DNA from: Candidatus Microgenomates bacterium
Lineage (GTDB): Bacteria; Patescibacteriota; Microgenomatia; UBA8517
Assembly (NCBI GenBank): GCA_049519355.1
Contig: JBEKQV010000002.1
Span: 67,479-131,478, forward strand
Direction: 5' to 3'
DNA length: 64,000 nucleotides
Below are positions 26,336 through 37,500 of the stretch, piece by piece. The position numbers were made by a program, and so were the translations under genes. Each line of letters begins with the position of its first letter. The first letter of the stretch is position 1. The notes beneath the pieces were generated by a model that did not search any database, was not told the origin of the DNA, and was given only the letters and a program-made list of their open reading frames with translations.

Positions 26336-28603
26336 TTATATTTCTTTTTCCGCCTCAGCTATAACCCCACGAACTCTGTCTATCGTATCAGGGTTAATCG
26401 AGACACTTGTTATACCCCATCTTACCAGTTTTTTCACCAAATCTTCATACTCACTTGGTGCCTGACCGCAAATCGAACTGGTAACTCCCGCCTCAGAACA
26501 TTTCCGTATAACCCGTCTTAGAGCCCATAAAACTGCAGGAGTCCTTTCGCTGAACTCTTGAGCAACTTCGGAGTTATCCCTATCCGTTCCTTCCATAAGC
26601 ATTGTTAAATCATTGCTGCCGATAGAAACTCCGTCAATTCCAACTTTAATAAAATCTTCAATTTGAATAACATTAACGGGAATTTCAACCATCATCCAAA
26701 ATTTAAATGAGGATTTTTCAAAAAGCCCTTCACTGGCAACCATTCTTCTAACCTTGGCAAGCTCTTCTGGAGATCTGACAAACGGAATCATCAAGTGTAA
26801 ATTATCATATTTTTCTCTTACTGTTTTTATTGCCTGAAGTTCAAGATTAAAAACTTCGGGACTCGCAATATAGCGAAAAGCTCCTCTAAATCCGAGCATT
26901 GGGTTAGGTTCCACCGGCTCCCAGTATTTTCCTCCCAAAAGGCTCCTGTATTCATTTGTCTTAAAATCCGTTGCCCTGTATGTAACGGGCCTTGGATAAA
27001 AGGCTTTACAAAAGATCTCCAGATCATCAGACAATTTTTTAATAAACTTCCCCTGTTCTTTTCTTTTAATTGCTTCTTTTGGATGAATTCCGATGTTTGC
27101 GATCATAAACTCTGCCCTAAGTAGCCCTACGCCATCAACATTCTTTTTCGCAATCTCCTTGGCCCTCTCCGGCTCAGCCAAATTTACATAAACTTTAGTC
27201 GCGGTTTTTATATGATTATTTTTGGGTTTTTCTACAGGCTTTACCGTAGCAAACTGTGATTTAACAAAAGCCCCCATAAATATTTGGCCGGCCTCTCCAT
27301 TAACCGTTACAATTTGCCCATCTTTAAGTTTTTTGGTTGCTTGCAGCGTACCGACAACACAGGGAATTCCCAACTCTCTCGAAACAATTGCCGCGTGTGA
27401 GGTCTGCCCGCCTTCATCGGTAATAATTGCAGCGGATTTCTTCATCGCCGGAACGTAATCCGGTGAGGTCATTGGAGCAACCATCACATCCCCTTTATTA
27501 ATCTTATTAATCTCCTTCGGAGATTTTAGAATTTTAACAGGACCAGTTCCGATTCCGGGAGACGCGGGGCTTCCGGTAAGAATTGGAACTTCAGCAATCT
27601 TAACCTCCCCCAAGTCATGTTTCTCAATTTTTGTAGTTTCGGCAATGGTAGTAACCGGACGTGTCTGAACAATATACAACTTGCCTTTTTCCTTAGCCCA
27701 CTCGGTATCCTGAGGAAAGTAATAATGTTTCTGGAGCCTATCTGAGAGCCTGGCTAAAGCAATAACTTCCTCATCTGTAATCTTTTGCCTACCACGAATC
27801 TTTGCGGGAACATCCACCTCCTTCGTTTTTCCTTCTACCTTTATAAGTTGGGTTACTTGGTCCGATATTTCTTTTGAAAGTATCGCAAAAGTATCTTTCT
27901 GAACAACATAAGTGTCAGGCACAACAGATCCTTGAACTATCATTTCTCCCAGCCCCCAAACCGATTCGATAATAATTCTATCTTTATCGTTTTTAACGGG
28001 ATCAATTGAAAACATTACTCCGGAAACCTCAGACTGAATCATTTTCTGGACAATAACTGAAATCTTCACGCTCTCGTGAGGAACTTTATTTTCAACACGA
28101 TAATAAATAGCGCGTGCCGTAAAAAGCGATGCCCAGCACTCCCTAACGGCATTCATCAGATTGGCCTCTCCTTTAATATCAAGCAAAGTTGCCTGTTGCC
28201 CGGCAAAACTTGCTGAAGGTAAATCTTCTGCGGTTGCAGATGACCTAACAGCAACAAGTGCCGATTTCATAAAACCGGAGAGTTTTTTATAAGCCGAAAT
28301 TGTTTGTTGAGCAATATCGTCAGGAATTTTACCGGTTAAAATCATTTTTTGAATTTTGTTTGAAGCTTGATCAAGCTGGGCAGGATCGTTTACGTCGAGT
28401 GTTTTCAGAAGATTGTAAATTTTATTAATCAAATCGTTCTCTTTTAGAAATAAATCATATCCGGCAACTGTTATGGCAAATCCTGGCGGAACAGGAAAAC
28501 CTGCTTGATAAATTTCACCAAGGTTTGCACCTTTTCCGCCGACAAGAGGTGTATCGTTTTTATCTATATCTTTGAAGAAAGCAATAATGGGCAGACTGGA
28601 CAT
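26336..28603 (-). CDS. ppsA: Phosphoenolpyruvate synthase (pyruvate, water dikinase) family
   Basis: 755 aa. N-terminal PPDK_N (GGKGANLGEIYQAGFPVPPGF), phospho-His mobile domain (GGQTSHAAIVSRELGIPCVVG), C-terminal PEP-utilizing barrel. Confidence 0.75.
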   Translation of the reverse strand: MSSLPIIAFFKDIDKNDTPLVGGKGANLGEIYQAGFPVPPGFAITVAGYDLFLKENDLINKIYNLLKTLDVNDPAQLDQASNKIQKMILTGKIPDDIAQQTISAYKKLSGFMKSALVAVRSSATAEDLPSASFAGQQATLLDIKGEANLMNAVRECWASLFTARAIYYRVENKVPHESVKISVIVQKMIQSEVSGVMFSIDPVKNDKDRIIIESVWGLGEMIVQGSVVPDTYVVQKDTFAILSKEISDQVTQLIKVEGKTKEVDVPAKIRGRQKITDEEVIALARLSDRLQKHYYFPQDTEWAKEKGKLYIVQTRPVTTIAETTKIEKHDLGEVKIAEVPILTGSPASPGIGTGPVKILKSPKEINKINKGDVMVAPMTSPDYVPAMKKSAAIITDEGGQTSHAAIVSRELGIPCVVGTLQATKKLKDGQIVTVNGEAGQIFMGAFVKSQFATVKPVEKPKNNHIKTATKVYVNLAEPERAKEIAKKNVDGVGLLRAEFMIANIGIHPKEAIKRKEQGKFIKKLSDDLEIFCKAFYPRPVTYRATDFKTNEYRSLLGGKYWEPVEPNPMLGFRGAFRYIASPEVFNLELQAIKTVREKYDNLHLMIPFVRSPEELAKVRRMVASEGLFEKSSFKFWMMVEIPVNVIQIEDFIKVGIDGVSIGSNDLTMLMEGTDRDNSEVAQEFSERTPAVLWALRRVIRKCSEAGVTSSICGQAPSEYEDLVKKLVRWGITSVSINPDTIDRVRGVIAEAEKEI

Positions 28604-28618
28604 ATAAACAGTATAAAA

Positions 28619-29662
28619 CTAATGGACAGGTTGGGAAAGAGAGGATTTGAGTTTAAGAATCCATGGTTCGGGACCTGGGTCAACCCCATCCAACATCGAG
28701 ATATAAAAACCAAGCCATGCCGAGTAGTGAGCTAGTTCCAGTGCTTGTCCAAACGCAGAGTCTGACTTAAGCAAATAGGTTCTACTCATAAGTCCCATTT
28801 CATTAAGAATTCCTTTTGTTATTTCGTATCGCTTACGCACTCGTTCATTATTAAATCCACTTTCAAAGAACAAATATTTATTTTTTAATACCGACTCTGG
28901 TTTTTGGAGAGCTTCTATCAAAACGTGATTAACCTCAGGAAAATCATAAAACTGGCTAAAGTTTCTGGAAATTTCGCACATTGCATTACGCCCCGCATTC
29001 AAAGCCCCAACAAGAGGTTTACCTCCAAAAAGTACTGGTACACTTCCGTATAGCCACTTAGCGGTATCTTTTACATCCCACGAATCCCTAATTTTAACCA
29101 AATTATCAATGGCCGAAGATGCAATCTCTCTTTTAATCGGTAAAACACCAATTTTAATTAAAGCGCCGGTTAAAGCTCCTAAAGAAACACCAAGCCCCGT
29201 CTTCGGAAAACCTGTAGGATTTGTATCTCCCGGGTTGATAATAACTCCCATGATAGTTTTTGATTTAATCATTTCACCGATTTTTCCCCCAGTGGTTACT
29301 CCTAAAACTCTTGAACCAATTTTTGAAGCGACATCAATAGCAGATAATGTTTCCTCAGTGTTACCCGAATAAGAGTTGGCGATAACTAAAGTATCTTCAT
29401 TCACCCAGGCGGGAAGCCCGTAATCATTCCTTACTTCGAAGGGAAAATCAAGATCGTCCTCAAACACACCTTGGATAATCTTTGCTGCGTTGCTGCTTCC
29501 CCCCATTCCCGAAACAATCACGGACTTAGTAAAAATTTCAGGTATGTCTGCACCGGATGCCTGTTTCAATGAATCTTTAATTTGCTCGGGAAATAGAGCC
29601 AACGCTTTTTCAACTCCCATGGGGTCTAACTTTTTAAATTCTTCGGAATTATCTAAATTCAT
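28619..29662 (-). CDS. Bifunctional phosphoglucose/phosphomannose isomerase (SIS domain)
   Basis: 347 aa. SIS motifs VIVSGMGGSSNAA and VIANSYSGNTEETL, with archaeal-type PGI/PMI length. Confidence 0.6.
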   Translation of the reverse strand: MNLDNSEEFKKLDPMGVEKALALFPEQIKDSLKQASGADIPEIFTKSVIVSGMGGSSNAAKIIQGVFEDDLDFPFEVRNDYGLPAWVNEDTLVIANSYSGNTEETLSAIDVASKIGSRVLGVTTGGKIGEMIKSKTIMGVIINPGDTNPTGFPKTGLGVSLGALTGALIKIGVLPIKREIASSAIDNLVKIRDSWDVKDTAKWLYGSVPVLFGGKPLVGALNAGRNAMCEISRNFSQFYDFPEVNHVLIEALQKPESVLKNKYLFFESGFNNERVRKRYEITKGILNEMGLMSRTYLLKSDSAFGQALELAHYSAWLGFYISMLDGVDPGPEPWILKLKSSLSQPVH

Positions 29663-30429
29663 ATAATATTATTTAACTCATTGTAAATTTTTTGATTGTT
29701 GCAAGCAACAACCGGATATTTCTTTGAATCTATAATCACTCCGGCCTCTTTAGCAATCAAATACCCCGGAAGAAAGTCGTGTCTATGTGGGGGATTACTC
29801 AAGTTAATATAAGCTTCCATTGCGCCGTCGCACAAAAAACATAACGCCAGACTAACACTCGCTTCACTTTCGACTCGGTAAACTTTATCAGCCACAAGCT
29901 TAATTTTTTTCCAGGAATCGTCATAATTTATAACCTTTCTGTTTTTTGTCGGTAAATAGAAATAAACGTACGATTTACTCAAATCGGTAATTCCTGAAAG
30001 TTGTGCGGGCAAGCCATTAATAAAAGCACCCAAGCCTCCAGCTGCACTATAAATTTTGCCAAAAGCCGGGCAATAAACCACAGACACTATCGGAATTTCC
30101 TTTTCGGTCAAGCAAATATTACAACTGTAGTTTGGAAGATTCCGGATATAAGCTTTTGTACCGTCTAATGGATCAATTATCCATTTGTATTTCGGATTCT
30201 TTATTATTTCCCCTTTTTCTTCGGAAAAAATTGAGTGATCGGGATAAGATTTCTGAATTTTATCTATAATAAATTTTTCCGAATCGATATCCGCGTTCGT
30301 TGCCACATCGCGTATATCTTTTTGCTTAACTATCTTCAAATTTTTCTGGTGCTCAAGAAGAATTTGCCCCGTATTCCTTGTCAAGTCCTCGGCAAATTTC
30401 CTAAGCGTAAGAAGATCCATAATTTCCAC
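29659..30429 (-). CDS. Inositol monophosphatase / FBPase family phosphatase
   Basis: 256 aa. WIIDPLDGTKAY metal-binding motif of the IMPase family. Confidence 0.7.
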   Translation of the reverse strand: MEIMDLLTLRKFAEDLTRNTGQILLEHQKNLKIVKQKDIRDVATNADIDSEKFIIDKIQKSYPDHSIFSEEKGEIIKNPKYKWIIDPLDGTKAYIRNLPNYSCNICLTEKEIPIVSVVYCPAFGKIYSAAGGLGAFINGLPAQLSGITDLSKSYVYFYLPTKNRKVINYDDSWKKIKLVADKVYRVESEASVSLALCFLCDGAMEAYINLSNPPHRHDFLPGYLIAKEAGVIIDSKKYPVVACNNQKIYNELNNII

Positions 30430-31217
30430 TAGCCTTTTACAAGTTCTATAAGCTTGTTTGTTAATTCAAGCCCACCCAAATTTTGTACTTCCTCAGTAAA
30501 GAAATCTGCTTTCAATTCTTTTGGTTCCGTAGAAACACCAATACCTGCCACGTCAATCATGCTCTGGTCGTTCGGGCCATTTGCAATCGCCATTGTTTGA
30601 GAAATATCAATTTTCAAATAATCAGTCAGGTGCTTCAATGCGGTTCCTTTATTTAATCTTTTTGGAGCAATATCAAACGCTTCACCATTCCAAATGGCAT
30701 AAAATTCTCCTTCCGGATCATTCTTTTTTAAGACTTCGTAAACTTCCGGAATTTCAGAGTAGGCGTGTAAAGTGATAAGAAATTGTTTCGGCTCGAAGGC
30801 TCTAAAATCTTTTACTTTTCCCTCCAAAGCCTGCAAACCGACAAGAATATTTCTCATTTTCATAAGAGTGGCACTATCAAATTTTTCGTGCTGAATGAGC
30901 TCGCCGTTCAAAAGTGAAAAAATTCCGATTTCACTAATTAAAGCAACATTGTCCCAAAGGAGTTCCGAAAATACTTTCGTTAGGTACATTGAACTTCTAC
31001 CGCTATTGATTGCTACAAAAAAATATTTTTTAAGTTCAATTAGCGCGTTCTTAATTTCATCACTCAAATTCGAAGTTTTTATTGTTAAAGTAGTATTTTC
31101 TGAAGTTTTAACTTCACTAATTTCAGTTCCCTTTTTTATAGTCACACCATCAACATCAAAACAAATTAATTTAATATTTTTTATGTCCTCCTTTGTTAGT
31201 TGGCTTATAGGTTTCAT
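30429..31217 (-). CDS. HAD-superfamily (IIB, Cof-like) sugar-phosphate phosphatase
   Basis: 262 aa. ICFDVDGV motif I (DxD) and a C-terminal AIANGPNDQSMIDVAG motif IV. Confidence 0.6.
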   Translation of the reverse strand: MKPISQLTKEDIKNIKLICFDVDGVTIKKGTEISEVKTSENTTLTIKTSNLSDEIKNALIELKKYFFVAINSGRSSMYLTKVFSELLWDNVALISEIGIFSLLNGELIQHEKFDSATLMKMRNILVGLQALEGKVKDFRAFEPKQFLITLHAYSEIPEVYEVLKKNDPEGEFYAIWNGEAFDIAPKRLNKGTALKHLTDYLKIDISQTMAIANGPNDQSMIDVAGIGVSTEPKELKADFFTEEVQNLGGLELTNKLIELVKG

Positions 31218-31223
31218 ACTGGT

Positions 31224-31898
31224 TTATTGTAGATTTTTAATAATAAGTAGGTCAAGAGCAGAAAGCAAATCTGTTTTTGAGGTTTTGACCTTTATGTCTA
31301 TATCCGCAAGCTTATCTATTAGGTTTTTTAATTCTTCTATCGTAAATTTGGAGGCCTGAGGTTTTAACTTCCCCACTCTCCAACTTGGATAGGGGATACT
31401 TAAGGCATCGACTTTCACCCAGTACAAATCTCTAAAAAGTTTTGCAATAAGGGTAAAAATAAATTCAGGCGGCTCCTTTTCTATTAACTTGTGAAATTGT
31501 TTTATACTTTTTTCTGAATTCCCAGGATAAAGTCCATCCAAAAAGTTCCATAAAATCACGGGCAATTTAAACTCCTCAACTTTTGTTTCCTTCGGTAAAG
31601 ACTTCAAAATTCCTTGAGAAATATAACCTTCGTGGTAAATTATCAAATTTCCGGTTAGATCTTTTGATTTCTCACTCAACCACTGCAACCCTTTTTTATC
31701 AAGCCTTGTTATATCCCTGATAATAAAAAATCTCTCAGCACTAAATAAAGATGAGGTTCTTAACTGCTCCTGAATCGATAGTGAGCTACTATCAAGATAT
31801 GAAACCTCCCAACTCCGTTGCTTTGCGACTTCAGTAAATTTGGACAATCTTTCGTACAATTTCTTCTCATCGTCACCGTGTAAAATTATTATCTTCAT
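31224..31898 (-). CDS. DNA polymerase III delta subunit-like (HolA-like), short
   Basis: 224 aa. No P-loop. N-terminal IIILHGDDE ... SLFSAERFFIIRD resembles the delta N-domain. Weak assignment. Confidence 0.45.
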   Translation of the reverse strand: MKIIILHGDDEKKLYERLSKFTEVAKQRSWEVSYLDSSSLSIQEQLRTSSLFSAERFFIIRDITRLDKKGLQWLSEKSKDLTGNLIIYHEGYISQGILKSLPKETKVEEFKLPVILWNFLDGLYPGNSEKSIKQFHKLIEKEPPEFIFTLIAKLFRDLYWVKVDALSIPYPSWRVGKLKPQASKFTIEELKNLIDKLADIDIKVKTSKTDLLSALDLLIIKNLQ

Positions 31899-32311
31899 CT
31901 CATGTTCTCAAAATATCTGTCTATCAGCTCCTCAAGTTTTCCATGGAAACTTCCTTTACCGTGCCGTGTGTGAGGAAGTAGTGCCCCCGAAAAATTCTTT
32001 GGAATGTGGCTTATTTCATGAAGAAGAACCTTGTCCTGATCTCGCGGAGACAATTTATCAAAATAATGCGAAATTACCTCAACAATGTAAGCAGGCTCAA
32101 TCTGTAAAGCGTTTTGCCATAATCTAGGTAAACCCCAAGTTCTGGCATAGGCCCGCGATTTGGAACCAACGGAACGATAAAAGAAGAGTCTTTCTCCCAA
32201 AAGGTAATCAAGATGAAGCTCGTCAATCAAACGAAGAACTCGGGCCCTTATATCAGGTGCCTCAACCCACTCAAATTTTAAATACTTTCGTTCCCTCCTT
32301 AACCGCCTCAT
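31895..32311 (-). CDS. Putative HExxH zinc metallopeptidase (small; SprT/YgjP-like)
   Basis: 138 aa with LLHEISHIP and downstream His/Gly-rich residues. Family assignment is tentative. Confidence 0.4.
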   Translation of the reverse strand: MRRLRRERKYLKFEWVEAPDIRARVLRLIDELHLDYLLGERLFFYRSVGSKSRAYARTWGLPRLWQNALQIEPAYIVEVISHYFDKLSPRDQDKVLLHEISHIPKNFSGALLPHTRHGKGSFHGKLEELIDRYFENMR

Positions 32312-32349
32312 TAGTCTTCAATCCTATCACAAGAAGCACTAATTCCATA

Positions 32350-32556
32350 CTAGATTTTGTAGACTTCTGTTCCCTCTTTGACCGCTTCTCTTGCCTTAAG
32401 TCCTACCACATCTCCTTTCCCCGCGGTATCCTTCTTTTCGTGCTCAATTTGAATAGATTCAACCTTTTGTTCGAATAAATCTTCGCCACCTCGGACAAAC
32501 TTTATACTATCACCCACCGAAATCGTTCCATCCAAGTCAATAATAGCAACGCCCAA
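32350..32556 (-). CDS. Small beta-barrel protein resembling translation-factor domain 2 (EF-Tu D2-like)
   Basis: About 68 aa. (V)GHVSHYYDKLGVAIIDLDGTISVGDSIKFV fits the EFTU_D2 barrel pattern. No in-frame ATG, so the start must be TTG, or CTG further upstream. Confidence 0.35.
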   Translation of the reverse strand: MGVAIIDLDGTISVGDSIKFVRGGEDLFEQKVESIQIEHEKKDTAGKGDVVGLKAREAVKEGTEVYKI

Positions 32557-32587
32557 TTTGTCGTAATAGTGAGATACGTGTCCAACT

Positions 32588-33106
32588 TTAAACAGCTTTC
32601 TTCACCCCCTCTCGACCTTCCGTCAATTTAAAAGCATGAGTCAATGCAATTGCCAGCGCATCCGCCGCATTGTCAAAATGAGTTTTCTTATGTGCTTCAC
32701 TTTTTACCCTACTTCCCAAAATAAGTCTTATATGCTGCTGAACTTCCTTTTTGTTTGCTCTTCCGTTTCCGGTTATCATCTTTTTAATCGTACCAGGCGA
32801 ATATTCCTCTACGTGAACTTTTGCTTTCGAAGCAGCCAAAAGCATTACGCCTTGAGCCTGACCAACACCAATTACCGTTTTAGCATTGTTTGAAAAAAAA
32901 ACTTTCTCAAAAACAAAAACATCAGGTTTATGCTTATTAATTAAACGGAGGGTTTCTTCAAATATAAAGTCCAGTCGGGTTTCTTTTAGAAGACTCTTAT
33001 CAGTTTCAATAAGACCCCACGTTACAACTTCATTTCCCTTATCACCCAAGTTAACTAATCCAAAACCCGTAGTCGCCGTGCCGGGGTCCATACCCATTAT
33101 TAACAT
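32588..33106 (-). CDS. ruvC: Crossover junction endodeoxyribonuclease RuvC
   Basis: 172 aa. IMGMDPGTATTGFGLV and the catalytic acidic residues typical of RuvC. Confidence 0.9.
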   Translation of the reverse strand: MLIMGMDPGTATTGFGLVNLGDKGNEVVTWGLIETDKSLLKETRLDFIFEETLRLINKHKPDVFVFEKVFFSNNAKTVIGVGQAQGVMLLAASKAKVHVEEYSPGTIKKMITGNGRANKKEVQQHIRLILGSRVKSEAHKKTHFDNAADALAIALTHAFKLTEGREGVKKAV

Positions 33107-33123
33107 TCCCTAGTCTAACACAT

Positions 33124-33378
33124 TTACTTTCGACCTTTTCTGCCAGTCTTTTTGGAAATAAAAAATATATAAATAATATCTAAAATTCCCAAAGTATGAA
33201 CCAGCAAGAAAACGACAAACCAGACTTTACTGTCATTTTTTGCGGCCCTCCACAGAGCCCAACCCATCCAGAATAGACTCCAAAGTGTCAAGGGAATTAA
33301 CATGGCTCCCAGCCAACCTGCAGCCACTATGCCAGGAAATGCTAAACCCATTGGGTTTACATATGAATAGTTATACAT
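33124..33378 (-). CDS. Small membrane protein (84 aa, 2 TM), function unknown
   Basis: Hydrophobic helices with a Trp-rich core, and a stop-start overlap with sod. Confidence 0.4.
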   Translation of the reverse strand: MYNYSYVNPMGLAFPGIVAAGWLGAMLIPLTLWSLFWMGWALWRAAKNDSKVWFVVFLLVHTLGILDIIYIFFISKKTGRKGRK

Positions 33379-33992
33379 CAGCTTTTATTCACCCCGCTTT
33401 CAAATAATTTTTCGACTTTCTCCCAATTCACCGTATTCCACCAAGCTTTTATATAATCCGCTCTCATATTTTTGTACTTGAGATAATATGCATGCTCCCA
33501 GACATCAAGAAGAAGTATTGGAGTTTTTCGCTCGCTTACAGGTGAATCCTGGTTGGGAGTATCTAAAATATCCAGCTTTCCATCCTTAATAACAAGCCAT
33601 GCCCAACCGCTTCCAAAATGACTCACCCCGGCAGCCGAAAATTTTTCCTGAAAAGTAGGAAAGTCCCCGAAAGAATTTTCGATTGCTCCAAGTACTTTTC
33701 CTTTCGGTTCTCCACCTCCACCCGGTGTCATTACTTCCCAGAAAAGCGAGTGGTTTGCGTGTCCCCCACCATTATTTTTTACTTTGATCCTGATCTCTTC
33801 CGGTATCTTTTCTAAATCTCTAAGAATATCGTTTATGTCTAAATTTAATAAATCCTCGTGTCCACCCAACACGTCGTTAAGGTTTTTGACATATGTTGCA
33901 TGGTGCCTGTCGTGATGAAAATGCATTGTCTCTTCGTCAATGAAAGGTTCGAGAGCTTTGTAATCGTAGGGAAGATCCGGCAGTGTAAACAT
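33378..33992 (-). CDS. Fe/Mn superoxide dismutase
   Basis: 204 aa. LPDLPYDYKALEPFIDEETMHFHHDRHHATYV and the C-terminal DVWEHAYY signature. Confidence 0.9.
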   Translation of the reverse strand: MFTLPDLPYDYKALEPFIDEETMHFHHDRHHATYVKNLNDVLGGHEDLLNLDINDILRDLEKIPEEIRIKVKNNGGGHANHSLFWEVMTPGGGGEPKGKVLGAIENSFGDFPTFQEKFSAAGVSHFGSGWAWLVIKDGKLDILDTPNQDSPVSERKTPILLLDVWEHAYYLKYKNMRADYIKAWWNTVNWEKVEKLFESGVNKS

Positions 33993-34100
33993 TTTTGTAA
34001 CTTTATTTAATTTAAATTATCTGAAGGTATTCGTCAAGACTCTGAAGTTTCGATCACCAATTTTATATTCTTTCCGGGTAAGAAGTTTTACCACAAAACC

Positions 34101-34490
34101 TCAGCCAGTTTTCCTTGAACGTTTGACGGCGGTTTTTTCCCCACTCTTTATTCTAGTCGCGGCATTTTTAAAAATCATCTCGACCTCCGTAGGAGCCTTG
34201 CCTCGTGTATAGTAAAGTTTAGCCCGGCGTATTCCTTCAACTCCCCTTTTAACAACAATAATTTTATCAATTGAAGGCAGATTTATTGGGAAAATTCTTT
34301 CAATTCCGATTCCCGCTTCTCCTGTCCTTCGCACAACAAAAGTCTTACCGGGGTTTCTACCGCGGATTCCTATCACCATTCCCTCAAAAATAGCCTCGCG
34401 TGACTTATCCGCTTCCTTTATTTTCTGAACAACACGGATCCTGTCACCCACTCCAAATTCAACTTCTTTGTGTGATATTTTCAGTGCCAT
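34101..34490 (-). CDS. rplS: 50S ribosomal protein L19
   Basis: 129 aa. FGVGDRIRV...FEGMVIGIRGRNPGKTFVVRR...GIERIFPINLP...RRAKLYYTRG. Confidence 0.9.
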   Translation of the reverse strand: MALKISHKEVEFGVGDRIRVVQKIKEADKSREAIFEGMVIGIRGRNPGKTFVVRRTGEAGIGIERIFPINLPSIDKIIVVKRGVEGIRRAKLYYTRGKAPTEVEMIFKNAATRIKSGEKTAVKRSRKTG

Positions 34491-34523
34491 ACGGGGTATT
34501 GTACACTAAAACTGAGGTTAGCT

Positions 34524-37500
34524 TCAAGAAGGTTTGCTTTCGAGGATATCGGAGATTTCTTTCGCCAATGTTTCATTCCAGGCGATCTTAAAAGGCAGTC
34601 TCACTTTTTTACCGCCTTCAAACATAAGAAACGCGGTTTCTTCACCTAAACGATCTGTCAAAAGTGTCTTTAAACGCCTTAGCGAATTGATTTCGGTGTT
34701 TTTGGATATTTTAATAAATACCTCTCTATTTTTCTTTTCGTTTAAACTGGTCATTGTTTCAATGGATTCGGCAATTAGGGCAGGTATTTCGTCCCGGGTG
34801 TCGATTCTTCCTGAAATTAAAAGGGGCTGACCCTCCGCCCAAAAATCCCTTGTTTCTTTAAATATCTTTGGAAACACAACCACCTCAATAGTTCCGGTTC
34901 CGTCGTCAATTTTAACAAAAGCCATTTCAGCACCGGTCTTTTTAGTTACTATTACTCTAACTTCAGCAACAACCCCGGCAACCCTGACGGAATCAGTAGA
35001 AGTTTCAGCTCCCAATATTTCAAAAATCTTATGTGTAGATTGAAATTCAAGCGGCCCGATAATCTCACTTATAGGTTTTGCCGAAAGCGAAAAACCTAAA
35101 AGTTGGCGTTCCAATGACTGAATCTCATCATCGGAAAATTCTTCAATATTGGAAACCGTAATTACGGTCGCAGCCTCTGTCTTTTTAAGCACCCCTGTAG
35201 CAAAAAGGCCTTGTTGATTATCGTCATCCTTTGGACGCACCACTTTATCTTTTATGGAATCCATTGAAGAAAGAAGCGCTGCCCGACCCCCGAAGTTTGC
35301 CATAGCTCCAACTTTAATGAGGCTTTCCAAAACTTTTTTGTTAACCTTCCTTCCGTCCACCTTACCCAAAAAATCTGCAAAAGATACAAATTTTCCTTCA
35401 CTCCGGGCTGCCAGTATTGCGGTAATTGCCGCTTCCCCCACATTTTTTATGGCTGACAGACCAAATCTAATTCCTTTACCACCAATCGAATCTTTATCTT
35501 TAACAATTGTAAAACCAACCTGGGACTCATTTATATCGGGAGCAAAAACTTTTATTCCCATCCTCCTGCACTCATTAATAGCTGCAGAAACTTTATCTTT
35601 ATCATCCGATTCCGCAGTCATAAGAGCCGCCATGTATTCAACAGGATAATTGGCCTTCATGTAAGCAGTTTGGTAGGCAATCATTCCATAAGACGCAGCG
35701 TGGGCCTTGTTAAAACCGTAGGATTGGAAGGGTTCAAACAACTTCCAAAGGTTTTCCGCAAAAGTTTGCGTTTGACCGTTAGCAACAACACCTTTGATAA
35801 ACTTTTCTTTTTGTGCAGCCATCTCTTCAGGAATCTTTTTTCCAACTGCTTTTCTAAATTTGTCGGCCTCCTCCCATGTGTAGCCTGCGAGGTCCAAGGC
35901 ACAGAACAAAAGATCGTCCTGATAAACAATAAGGCCATAAGATTTACCTAAGAACTTTTCCATCCTCGGATCCAAATATTTAACCAGCTTCGGATTGTGT
36001 TTCCTTTTAATGTATTCGGGAATTTGCGAGATCGGGCCGGGTCTATATAGCGCCACCATCGCCATCAAATCCTCTATTTGAGTCGGTTTAAGCTCAGTAA
36101 GATATTTGGTCATTCCTGCACTAGCCAGTTGAAAAACTCCCATGGTTTCACCTTTAGCCAACATCTGGAACGTTTTTTTATCATCCAGTGGAATCTTGTG
36201 AAGATCGATGTCGATTCCGTAAGTTTTCTTTACTATGTCAACCGCCGCCCCCAAGATCGATAAATTTCTAATTCCGAGAATATCGAATTTAATAAGACCC
36301 ACCTCTTCACAAGCATGCATTTCGTATTGGGTAATTATTTTTTCGCCCGATGGTTCGCGTTGAACAGGACTAAAATCGGTTATCTCTGTAGGAGCAACAA
36401 CAACCCCCGCTGCATGCACAGAAACATGCCTCGCGTTTCCTTCAATTTGCATTGCCAGGTCCAGTACTTTCTTTGTATTGGGATCGGTATTATAAAGAGT
36501 TCTAAGTTCCAAAATTTCATCCATTGCTTTGGTGATTGTTATCGGAAATCCCTGTTTTGGAGGAGGAATCATTTTGGCAATTCTGTCACCTGTTGAATAC
36601 GGGTAGCCCAAAACTCTGGCAACATCACGTACCGCGGCCCGGCTTAGCATCCTTCCGAAAGTGCAAACCTGAGCAACTTTTTCTTTTCCATAAGTTTTTG
36701 TAATATAACCAATAATTTCGTCCCTCCTGTCGTCCGCAACATCAAAATCAATATCAGGGGGGCTTGGTCTATAGGGATTTAAAAATCTTTCAAAAGGCAA
36801 ATAATATGTAAGGGGGTTCACTGTGGTTATTCCCAGAACGTATGAAACGAGGCTTCCTGCGGCAGAACCCCTGGTATTTGTAATAATTCCCTGCGAGTTT
36901 GTCCAGTTGGCCAAATCTCTGACAATTAGAAAATAAGGAGAATATCCCTTTTTAATTATGATGTCGAGTTCGTAATTCAAACGTTCATTTGTTTTCTTGT
37001 CTGCTTTTGGCACTTTAACCTTAAGCCCATCTTCCGCCAATTTTTTTAGCTGCTCATCAGCCGTGACCCCTTTGGGTAACGGAAACTTCGGAAAGCTCCA
37101 GGCACCAAGCTTTACCTCCAAATTACACTTTTTCGCAATCTTTACCGTATTTTCCAGTGCATCAGGAACATCAAGGAATAGTTTTTGCATTTCGTCGGGA
37201 CTTTTTATATAAAATTCCTGAGCATCAATGTAGCGCATTCGTTTTGTGTCGGTTATAATTTTGCCTGTTGCAATACAAACCAAAACATCCTGAGCTAACG
37301 CGTCTTCCTGTTTAATATAATGGGTATCGTTCGTAGCAATAACCGGTATTCCAAGCTCTCTACTAATCTTAAGGATTCCTTGATTCCATTTCTTCTCGTT
37401 ATCCTCCATTTCTATAAGGGAAGTTTTTATTTCCGGTTCTTTGGCTTTCTCAACCCACTTTCCGAATTCATGCCTTTGGAGTTCGAGATAATAATCTTCT

